64,000 nt of DNA from Giardia intestinalis (Eukaryota). Made by a program: the position numbers and the translations under genes. The DNA lies in NCBI GenBank assembly GCA_000002435.2, contig CM018792.1. The stretch is one strand, 5' to 3'. Positions 43,205 through 50,603 of the stretch are shown here, piece after piece (position 1 is the first letter of the stretch; every line of letters begins with the position of its first letter). The notes under the pieces were generated by a model. The model saw only the letters and a list, made by a program, of their open reading frames with translations. It searched no databases and had not been told where the DNA came from.

Positions 43205-45721
43205 ATGATCTTCGTTTTGCTTTTTCTTTTAGGCGGAGTCTTCTTCGAGTGCACCACAGATAATGAATGTGGTGGTGATGGAGGAGTTTGTGACGTTGCA
43301 ATAAATGGGAAAAGATACTGTTCCAAGTGCGCAGGTAGCGATGCGGGAGCACGAGTGCCCATCAATGGAAAATGCAGACTGCTGAGCCTCTCACGGAGCA
43401 TATGCACAGTGCCCACGGGCAATAACCCTAATCCAGGCACGTGTACGGGCTGCATCCGTGACTTCCTCTTCTACAGGGGCGGGTGCTACCGCACGGCATC
43501 CCTGATCAACGCCATATGCAAGGAGAAGCACATCGTCGAGGAGGGGATGTACTGCGGGGCGTGCGCCATAGAGGGCGACGTCCCGATCGACGGGGTGTGC
43601 GTATCAGCAAGCACAGATAGCTCTGGAAACACGTGCGACAAGGGCGTGTGCACGACATGCGCAAGCGGATACTTCTTCCACTACGGGTCATGCTACAAAT
43701 TCGGAGGATCTCCAGGCAGCACTGTGTGTCCTAAGCCAACTAGCACTACTGGCTCTGTCTGTGATTCTTGCGGGTCGAAGTTCGTCAAGAACCCCAGTGC
43801 GAGCCCATCTGCCACCTCCTGCCTCGCGTGCTACGGCCTGGACGGGACCCTCTTCTGCGAGCGCTGCCGGATGAACGTGCTCACGAGCGCAGACGTGAAG
43901 CCCACTCTGTGCACACAGTGCAAAATAGGCTACGTGCCCGTGGATGGTCGTTGTGTGTCAACTTACTCTGCCACCTCGGCTCTTGCAGGGTGCTCTACCT
44001 ATAGCGGTAATGAGAATACAAAGGGACTTTGCGAAACGTGCTCCTCCGGCTACATGCTCTTCTACGGGAGCTGCTACTCTGTCAACGGCCCCCTCGCCCA
44101 GGCCATCTGCAAGACCGAGAACCAGATCTACCTTGGGGGAAGGGTCTTCTGCAAGCAGTGCGCCCAGGCAGACCACTACCCCATCAACGGCTTATGCATT
44201 GCTGATAAGGGATCACATACGTGCGAGGCGGGTATCTGCACAATATGCGACACCAGCACAACCCCCGTCGACAACTCCAAGGTTTTCCCGTTCTATAACG
44301 GCTGCTATGATGCAAACTCTGCAATCGGAAAGCTAATATGCCAGGAGGCGTCTAATGGAGCGTGCTCAACTTGCAATACAAACGAGACATCGAATATAAT
44401 AGCTAATCCTAATTCTGCAGATGGCCAACCAAAATGTCTTGGATGTTGGGACGAGGCAGCTACTGGGGTGGCCAACTGCGGAGGGTGTGCGACCGGCACA
44501 GACGGCGATTCCAAGATCGTCTGCAGCAAGTGCACCGACTCGACGGAACCCAAAGACAACACGTGCCCTCAGGCCCTCCCGCCCACAACGCCTGAAGGAT
44601 GCGCCGTGCAGGGCTGCCAGGCGTGCTCGAAGGACTCCCCCACGACGTGCGACGCCTGCTTCGAGCCTCTCATCATGAAAGAGGACAAGACGAAGTGCTT
44701 CGGGAGTTGCCTGGCGCTGGGCCCGGGCTACTACAACAACTCTGGGATATGCAGCCCATGCATAGAGAACTGTCTCCTTTGTACAGACGGGGCCACGTGC
44801 TCCCAGTGCGACGAAGGATATTATCTTGAACTATCGTCTGCTAATTCATCACAAGGTACTTGTAAGAAATGCGCTGCTGGCTGTTCTGCATGTAATGATG
44901 GCACTGACACTAGTTGTACAGCGTGCCTTCCTGGGTATTACATTGCAAGTGAGTCAAAAGCAAATAGAGCTGCAAAGTGTGTTCTATGTAACACTACTGA
45001 AAGCGACTACACTGGAATTCCAAATTGTATCGCTTGCTTTAGTACCGTAGGAAACAATGGGGCAAAGAATGTTAGGTGCAGTCAGTGCGAAGAAGGATAT
45101 ATTAAAAAACACAATGGATCTCAAGTTGTTTGTGAGCCTCCAACTCCAGAATGTAATGCCGCAATGTGCTCGGTTTGTGTTGAAAATAACCCAGATCGTT
45201 GTGAGCACTGCACGACCGGCGCGTACCTCTGCCCGCGGACGGCGGCGTGCACGAAGGACTGCGCCAGCTGCGGGGGCTCGATGTACCCCGACGAGGACCT
45301 CGGGGAGTGCCAGCCGTGCGACATCGCGAACTGCCGGGTCTGCGCGACGGGGCTCAAGTGCGAGAGCTGCGCGGAGAGCGCCGTCCCCATCTCCCCGGAC
45401 GTCTACCACACGGCGTGCATGGGCTGCAGCGACACCGGGGGCATGGACGGCTGGGTGGGCCTCGCGGGGTGCACGACCTGCGAGCTGACCGACAAGGGCG
45501 GCGGGAGCGTCAACTGCCTCGACCCTGGCTACTACCGGCGGGGCGGGCTCGGCGGGGGAGCAATCGCCGCCATCGTCATCGTCGTCCTCCTCGTCCTGGC
45601 CGTCGCCGGCTTCCTCGTCTGGTGGTTCGTCTTCAGGAGGGGCGGCCGGCCCAAGCGCGGGGCGAAGTACACATCGCTCATGCGGGGCGAGTCCTACGAC
45701 TACCGCCAGTCTCTAATATGA
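43205..45721 (+). CDS. High cysteine membrane protein (VSP-like cysteine-rich type I surface protein)
   Basis: The track start at 43202 is a GTG, and the ATG is at 43205. There is a signal peptide (MIFVLLFLLGGVFFEC), about 11% Cys with dozens of CxxC/CxC pairs, recurrent GGCY-like motifs (RGGCYR, YGSCYK, YGSCYS, NGCYD), and a single TM near the C-terminus (GAIAAIVIVVLLVLAVAGFLVWWFVF). The cytoplasmic tail is RRGGRPKRGAKYTSLMRGESYDYRQSLI, which is not the VSP CRGKA tail. AGTAAAC lies 7 nt after the stop. Confidence 0.85.
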   Translation: MIFVLLFLLGGVFFECTTDNECGGDGGVCDVAINGKRYCSKCAGSDAGARVPINGKCRLLSLSRSICTVPTGNNPNPGTCTGCIRDFLFYRGGCYRTASLINAICKEKHIVEEGMYCGACAIEGDVPIDGVCVSASTDSSGNTCDKGVCTTCASGYFFHYGSCYKFGGSPGSTVCPKPTSTTGSVCDSCGSKFVKNPSASPSATSCLACYGLDGTLFCERCRMNVLTSADVKPTLCTQCKIGYVPVDGRCVSTYSATSALAGCSTYSGNENTKGLCETCSSGYMLFYGSCYSVNGPLAQAICKTENQIYLGGRVFCKQCAQADHYPINGLCIADKGSHTCEAGICTICDTSTTPVDNSKVFPFYNGCYDANSAIGKLICQEASNGACSTCNTNETSNIIANPNSADGQPKCLGCWDEAATGVANCGGCATGTDGDSKIVCSKCTDSTEPKDNTCPQALPPTTPEGCAVQGCQACSKDSPTTCDACFEPLIMKEDKTKCFGSCLALGPGYYNNSGICSPCIENCLLCTDGATCSQCDEGYYLELSSANSSQGTCKKCAAGCSACNDGTDTSCTACLPGYYIASESKANRAAKCVLCNTTESDYTGIPNCIACFSTVGNNGAKNVRCSQCEEGYIKKHNGSQVVCEPPTPECNAAMCSVCVENNPDRCEHCTTGAYLCPRTAACTKDCASCGGSMYPDEDLGECQPCDIANCRVCATGLKCESCAESAVPISPDVYHTACMGCSDTGGMDGWVGLAGCTTCELTDKGGGSVNCLDPGYYRRGGLGGGAIAAIVIVVLLVLAVAGFLVWWFVFRRGGRPKRGAKYTSLMRGESYDYRQSLI

Positions 45722-47371
45722 TTCCCCAGTAAACGGAGCTATCGCCTGCCGGTGCCTGTCTCTGAACGCGCATATCCCGGAGATGTCGACGGAGCCGAGG
45801 AGCCTCCGCACCCGCAAGCGCTCCCCCGGAAAGGGCTCGGTGTCCGCCGTCTTCGAGATCGACACGCTGCACTCTGCGGCATCCGACGCGACGCAGGAGA
45901 GGCCGTTGTGGAGCACCACCCGGGAGATCTCGCTGACGTGGACGGACAGCATGGGCCGCAGGATGCACACTCGATGCCTGGCCCTGCTGGCAAAGTCCCT
46001 GACCTCGCAGTTGTAGTACCCCCGGAGCCCGAAGAAGGAGGCCCCGTGGACCCCGGTGATCGCCAGGGTCTCCAGGTCGTCCAGCAGGTGGTGGCCGAGG
46101 GCCAGGGCGTCGTAGCCGCCGGCGGACACAAAGCTCGCCAGTGTTCCGCGGCGGCAGCGAGAGCAGACGCTGCACGCAGACGCCTTCCTGGCCTCCTGCC
46201 CCGATGCATCCAGGCGGGCGATCTTGGCCGAGACGTCCATCCCAACCACCTGCTGCTCGAACGTCATGGCTCCCTCTGCGGCGTCGTCGATCGACAGCGC
46301 GCACGGGCAGAGGCTCCGTATCGTGTCCAGGATGAAGCCGGGTATCTTTGGGTCGAAGGTCACAGGGGTCACTTCCAGCGCCCCCAGGTCTCCTAGGCCG
46401 ATGGGGTCGAGCAATCCTCGTCTGGCCATTAGAGACAAAAGGGAAAGGTGAAGAAGAAGGCAGAGGCTGTCTTTTCCTCCTGAAAAGGCCACAGCTACTC
46501 GACGCAGGTTGCGAACGCGCTTTTCTCCAACCATAAAGGCAGCAATAGCGGACAGGACAGAGGTTGATGGACAAAAGGACTTGTGGACCACGTCCCCTTT
46601 ATCAGTTCTAAAGATAATCTTGACCGAAGCTAACTTATCTTGAATTGACGCCGAGGCAAAATACTCTGGAGAGCAATTGACCCTAAAATCACTGTTTGCC
46701 TGCAGCGTATGTCCTCGAAGCAACGCAGCAAAGGCTGAAGTAATATTTCTCAGGGCATGAGGGTTTATCTCTAGACTACTTGTGAGATACGACATAATCT
46801 TCAACGAATCACCAGGAGGTTCGGTAAAGCGCTTCCTGGCGGGCTGTGGGACAGTATGAGCTTCACCTGTGCATCCACTGATAAAAGAATCGAAATCCGG
46901 AGCGCATTGGAGCGAGTCAAGCTGGGTATCAGCTATGTAGAGGTACACATACATGATGCTATTTCGTGATGGCCCAGCCACGGTCGTTGCTGAAAACATT
47001 TCTAGGAACCAGTTTCTTCCCAACGTACTGTTTCTTGACCAATCTACCTCGAGGAAAAGCTTCTTATCTGGAAAGCAGGTAGAAAGCTCTTCGAGATCAG
47101 AGCAAGTCGTTAGCCCAAACGCTTGGCTAAGGCGATTTGTTATCTCCAGTGACCCGATGAGGCAGAGAGGAAAGAGTCCTCTTATCTTTCTCGCTGTGTG
47201 ATAAAGAAGTACTACGGCGAAGGCATAGTCGCGAATGGCTTTGTCGTCAGACAAGGGCTTGAGGAAATAAAAGACGGCCTTCTCCAGGACAGCTGTATCA
47301 TAGAGGATGTAAAGAGCCTGCTGAACGTGGCCGAGAGCGCTTTTCGGGGGTCTAAGAGAACGCTCGTGCAT
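45713..47371 (-). CDS. PP-loop ATP pyrophosphatase of the TtcA type (tRNA 2-thiolation family) with a ~220 aa N-terminal extension
   Basis: 552 aa, with an ATG verified at 47371. The C-terminal half has the PP-loop VAVAFSGGKDSLCLL, then CSVCSRCRRG (TtcA CSLCSRLRRG), ALGHHLLDDLETLAI (TtcA ALGHHRDDILQTLFL) and VCILRPML...LSCVASDAAECS (TtcA VIRPLAYC...IPCNLCGS). It lacks the flanking CxxC zinc fingers of Ncs6/Ctu1/TtuA. The first ~220 residues have no recognised homolog. The catalytic half is encoded by >70% GC DNA. Confidence 0.72.
   Translation of the reverse strand: MHERSLRPPKSALGHVQQALYILYDTAVLEKAVFYFLKPLSDDKAIRDYAFAVVLLYHTARKIRGLFPLCLIGSLEITNRLSQAFGLTTCSDLEELSTCFPDKKLFLEVDWSRNSTLGRNWFLEMFSATTVAGPSRNSIMYVYLYIADTQLDSLQCAPDFDSFISGCTGEAHTVPQPARKRFTEPPGDSLKIMSYLTSSLEINPHALRNITSAFAALLRGHTLQANSDFRVNCSPEYFASASIQDKLASVKIIFRTDKGDVVHKSFCPSTSVLSAIAAFMVGEKRVRNLRRVAVAFSGGKDSLCLLLHLSLLSLMARRGLLDPIGLGDLGALEVTPVTFDPKIPGFILDTIRSLCPCALSIDDAAEGAMTFEQQVVGMDVSAKIARLDASGQEARKASACSVCSRCRRGTLASFVSAGGYDALALGHHLLDDLETLAITGVHGASFFGLRGYYNCEVRDFASRARHRVCILRPMLSVHVSEISRVVLHNGLSCVASDAAECSVSISKTADTEPFPGERLRVRRLLGSVDISGICAFRDRHRQAIAPFTGESY
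45728..45734 (+). terminator. putative polyadenylation signal AGTAAAC (AGTRAAY) 7 nt after the HCMP stop codon
   Basis: It matches the AGTRAAY motif described for Giardia mRNAs and lies directly after the TGA at 45719-45721. Confidence 0.45.
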
Positions 47372-47379
47372 AGAGGGTG

Positions 47380-49407
47380 TTAAATTTTGAAAAGATTCGC
47401 CATCTCCAGCAATAGCGGCAACAGTGGTTCGAGGTGTGAAGCACCTTTATTACTCTGCAATCTGGAGTGCAGGCTTTCGTACAATGCACTTGTCTGAGGC
47501 TGTTTTTTAACGGCTTCTGGAAGAAGGGAATATGCCTTAAAAGCAAGGCTGTCCTCTGGGATTGCTGGTGGAGAAGCCTGGACTTGTGGTGTCACAAGTG
47601 TCGCCTCCACTTGCTCGGTTTTTGGTGTCTGTTGATCAGCTGTGCAACTATCTATAAGTCCACCTGAAACACTAGCTCTGAGCTCCTCAACCAGACGTGG
47701 AGCATCTGGAGTCCCAAGTGCCATCAGTATGGATTCTGAAAGCCCAACGTCACACTGAGGTGATTGTAAAAAGCGCCCTGGATACGCGGCCCGGGGATCA
47801 GCCAGTCCCGAAATGGCAGAAACGGTAAGCCTATCGCGAATGCCTGTGTGCCCTCTCTCGTTACCTGCAGGCATTCCAGATGTGGAGAGGCCCAAGTTCA
47901 CGTTCACTCCAACGCTTCCAGCTAGGGAGCGAGTGAAGGCGTACTTGGAATGTGATAAGCTCTGGCCGGTATCGATGCCCGTGACTGTCTGAGATGCTGA
48001 GGTGACCGATGCAATTGTGTCCTCCAGAAGGCTCAGATTCCCCATAGACGCTTGCGAGAGGTCAAGGCCCCCGGAGTCCTCCTTGTCTAGAACAACGGTG
48101 ATGTCACCATGTGTATTCTTCATGATCATTGGCTTGTATGCCAAGACGATGTTGACCGTGTTCTCAGTAGCAGGCGGCTGTGCAGCCTCCGGGGCTGCGT
48201 GAAGAATGCTTACACGGGTGCTTCGAGCAAGAGAGTTCGGGTGTCCGATGGCCGTAAAGATATTAGTCTCAATAAATCCTAGATTGCGTACTTCGTCACG
48301 CACAAGCTTGTGCACCTCGAATATGCTGACACGGTCCTTGGGGCGCTGGACAAGACACAGGGAAATAATGTTCTTGAGTGCGTCTGAATACTTGACACGC
48401 TTGTCCTGAAAGCTGAACTCTGCGCGATAGTTATAGCGAAGATCGTTGTCTGGAAATGGCAACCGTCTATACATCAGTCGATACAGCAATATTCCGAAGG
48501 CAAAGACATCAACAGCAGTGCCCAGGGGAAATTCAGGGTCGATCTTGATCTGCTCGGGGGCCCGGAAGCACGGGGTTGTCTTCAGCTCCAAGGACCTCAT
48601 CAAATCCTTCATCCCCTGCTCATTGTTCTTCATTAGATCTTGAAGCCTCTCGGAATCGTAAGACTCTGTGGTGCAGGATCCAAAGTCACAAAGCCTAAGA
48701 AGCTCTGGAAACTTGGTTGTGCAGCCATTATTGGCCAGTATATCGTCCAAATCATATGGCTCCAAGATCAGAATATTTTCTAACTTGAGGTCTCGATGTG
48801 AGCACCCCTTGCTGTGCAGACAGAGAATAGCAAGGGTGATGTTGTATGCAAACCTCCATATGAGTGGTTCTGGAAGAAAGACCTTGCGCTCTGAACATTT
48901 AATAAGGAGTTTGACGCAGTTCCCGCCCGAGCAATATTCAAGCAGTAGGCGGATAGTGGTGCAAGGAAGCCTTTTCATGCTATGCTTTCCCCCGTCCTGG
49001 ACTCCATGTCCCACACCGGGGACGGGGAGCGCGGAGGATGACAGCTTTAGTTCACGTTCCTGGGGCGCAAATTGTGATGATGTGATACTTGATGCTAGAT
49101 AGGACTGGGAACTGTGCATGCCATTTACGGTTAAATACTCATCAAAACACGCAAAATCTGCAGGGATATAAGTATCATCTAGAAGTAATCCGTGGAATCT
49201 AACAACACACTTTTCGTTGTTGAATCGGAGATGGAAGTAGATCTCTGTTATTGCATCATCATAAACCTTCAGGTCTGACACAGAAAGATGCTTCAATACA
49301 TACTGTTCTCCCGCACAGGATGCAGAATAAATGCGTGCAGATCCGCCCCTTGCAATCTCTTGGCCCACAATGATCTCCTTGTCTCCGAAACGCAAAATGC
49401 TATCCAT
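47380..49407 (-). CDS. Ser/Thr protein kinase, NEK-like (Giardia-type expanded NEK family)
   Basis: 675 aa, with an ATG verified at 49407. It has a Gly-rich loop GQEIARGGSARIYSA, lysine VLKHL, catalytic loop HRDLKLENILI, DFGS, and APE (FRAPEQ). An ~80 aa insertion lies between subdomains II and VI. There is a ~300 aa Ser/Thr/Gly-rich C-terminal tail without ankyrin repeats. Confidence 0.85.
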   Translation of the reverse strand: MDSILRFGDKEIIVGQEIARGGSARIYSASCAGEQYVLKHLSVSDLKVYDDAITEIYFHLRFNNEKCVVRFHGLLLDDTYIPADFACFDEYLTVNGMHSSQSYLASSITSSQFAPQERELKLSSSALPVPGVGHGVQDGGKHSMKRLPCTTIRLLLEYCSGGNCVKLLIKCSERKVFLPEPLIWRFAYNITLAILCLHSKGCSHRDLKLENILILEPYDLDDILANNGCTTKFPELLRLCDFGSCTTESYDSERLQDLMKNNEQGMKDLMRSLELKTTPCFRAPEQIKIDPEFPLGTAVDVFAFGILLYRLMYRRLPFPDNDLRYNYRAEFSFQDKRVKYSDALKNIISLCLVQRPKDRVSIFEVHKLVRDEVRNLGFIETNIFTAIGHPNSLARSTRVSILHAAPEAAQPPATENTVNIVLAYKPMIMKNTHGDITVVLDKEDSGGLDLSQASMGNLSLLEDTIASVTSASQTVTGIDTGQSLSHSKYAFTRSLAGSVGVNVNLGLSTSGMPAGNERGHTGIRDRLTVSAISGLADPRAAYPGRFLQSPQCDVGLSESILMALGTPDAPRLVEELRASVSGGLIDSCTADQQTPKTEQVEATLVTPQVQASPPAIPEDSLAFKAYSLLPEAVKKQPQTSALYESLHSRLQSNKGASHLEPLLPLLLEMANLFKI

Positions 49408-49424
49408 TCAAGAGTTTTGTCAAC

Positions 49425-49437
49425 GAAAATAAAAATG
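49425..49437 (+). promoter_or_regulatory. AT-rich initiator-like element abutting the PME-1 start codon (AAAATAAAAATG)
   Basis: The A/T-rich run lies immediately 5' of the ATG at 49435. Similar elements are seen at 30091-30105 (TTGCAAAAATAAATG), 43063-43080 on the minus strand (AAATTAAAAATG) and 12244-12258 on the minus strand (AAAGTAAAAAATG). Confidence 0.4.
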
Positions 49438-50547
49438 GGCCATCCACTGCTTCTCAAAACAGCCAACCTGGACCCTGTTCCTGAGGATAGACCAGGGACA
49501 GAAGCTCCTCCAGCACCTGCCTCTGCGGCCATCACTTTCTCTACTTCATATACAGAATGTTATGATAGCAGACTTTTCGTTGAGGCAAACGGACAAAAAG
49601 TCAACGTATACACTAAGGGGGTTTTTGATGACGTGCCTCTAATTTTCTTCGTCCACGGGGCAGGCTTTTCTGGTCTTTCCTTTGGGCCTCTAGTTAAGCG
49701 TGTGCACACAGAAGGATTCTGTGCAGCCCTGGATTTGCGCGGCCACGGTCTTACGGTCAATGAGGATGGTACTACTGCACTAGGAGATAGCATGACAATC
49801 GAGAATTTTGTAGCTGACTGTAAAGCAGTTTTGGACCATCTTTTCACACATATGTACAAGCCTGCAAATGAAAATGCCCAGAAAAAGTCTATTCTGCTGT
49901 GTGGTCACTCTCTTGGCGGGAGTATCGTTGCGCGGCTTGCAGTTGAGCTCCAGGAGTCCTATGACATCCAGCTCTGCTGCCTGATTGATATCAATGAGAC
50001 GGTGGCAATAGGTGCAATTCCCAACATGATGTCTGTTTTGAGGAAGAAGCCGCTTGCATTCTCCTCTGAGGAGGCCCTGGTGAGTTGGCTACTGTCGTCC
50101 CACACACTCTACAGCAGGTCTTCTGCGCTTTTCCAGGCTCCTGGGTTGATTCACGGGTCGCAGCATCCAAACTCCGGAAGGGTCATTGCAGATCTGATCA
50201 ACTCCGACGATAACTGGCGGGACTGGTTCATCGGATTGAATGACAACTTTCTTGGCAAATACCCTGGCTACAAGCTGCTCTTTATAGGTGGAATGGAGAA
50301 GCTTGACAAAGAGACGGAAATAGCGCATATGCAGGGCAAGCTTTCGATTGAGGTGGTACCCAACAGTGGTCACAATCTCCATGAAGATGACCCCAATACC
50401 GTGGCCTTTTACTTCATCAAGTACTTACGCCGAATGCATCTCTCGAAGAAGCTGATTCACAAACCCTTCGACTTCAAGAAGAAAGACCCCGATGAGGATC
50501 CAATTCCCCTGGAAGAAATCAAGCGTCTCTACGGCAGTGGGCAATGA
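49435..50547 (+). CDS. PPME1: Protein phosphatase methylesterase 1 (PME-1, PP2A methylesterase; alpha/beta hydrolase)
   Basis: 370 aa from the ATG at 49435, preceded by AAAATAAAA. The longer track ORF from 49288 overlaps the kinase. ALDLRGHGLTVN (PME-1 ALDLRSHGETKV), the nucleophile elbow GHSLGG, WRDWFIGLNDNFL (PME-1 WDGWFRGLSNLFL) and LLFIGGMEKLDKETEIAHMQGKLSIEVVPNSGHNLHEDDPNTVA (PME-1 [43 protein letters not shown]) all align. Confidence 0.85.
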   Translation: MGHPLLLKTANLDPVPEDRPGTEAPPAPASAAITFSTSYTECYDSRLFVEANGQKVNVYTKGVFDDVPLIFFVHGAGFSGLSFGPLVKRVHTEGFCAALDLRGHGLTVNEDGTTALGDSMTIENFVADCKAVLDHLFTHMYKPANENAQKKSILLCGHSLGGSIVARLAVELQESYDIQLCCLIDINETVAIGAIPNMMSVLRKKPLAFSSEEALVSWLLSSHTLYSRSSALFQAPGLIHGSQHPNSGRVIADLINSDDNWRDWFIGLNDNFLGKYPGYKLLFIGGMEKLDKETEIAHMQGKLSIEVVPNSGHNLHEDDPNTVAFYFIKYLRRMHLSKKLIHKPFDFKKKDPDEDPIPLEEIKRLYGSGQ

Positions 50548-50603
50548 GCAGAGGTAAACTTAAGCAATGCACATAGTTTAAAGGAATTTACAATCGAAGG
50601 AAA

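Noticed and set aside
44984-46574. A stack of overlapping ORFs in all frames within the GC-rich island (e.g. 45057..45488 +, 45247..45732 +, 45752..46396 +, 45678..46574 -, 45739..46245 -, 44984..45409 -)
   Set aside because: They are a product of >70% GC DNA, where stop codons are rare. They encode Arg/Ala/Pro/Gly-rich nonsense and overlap the HCMP and TtcA-like frames, which carry clear family motifs.
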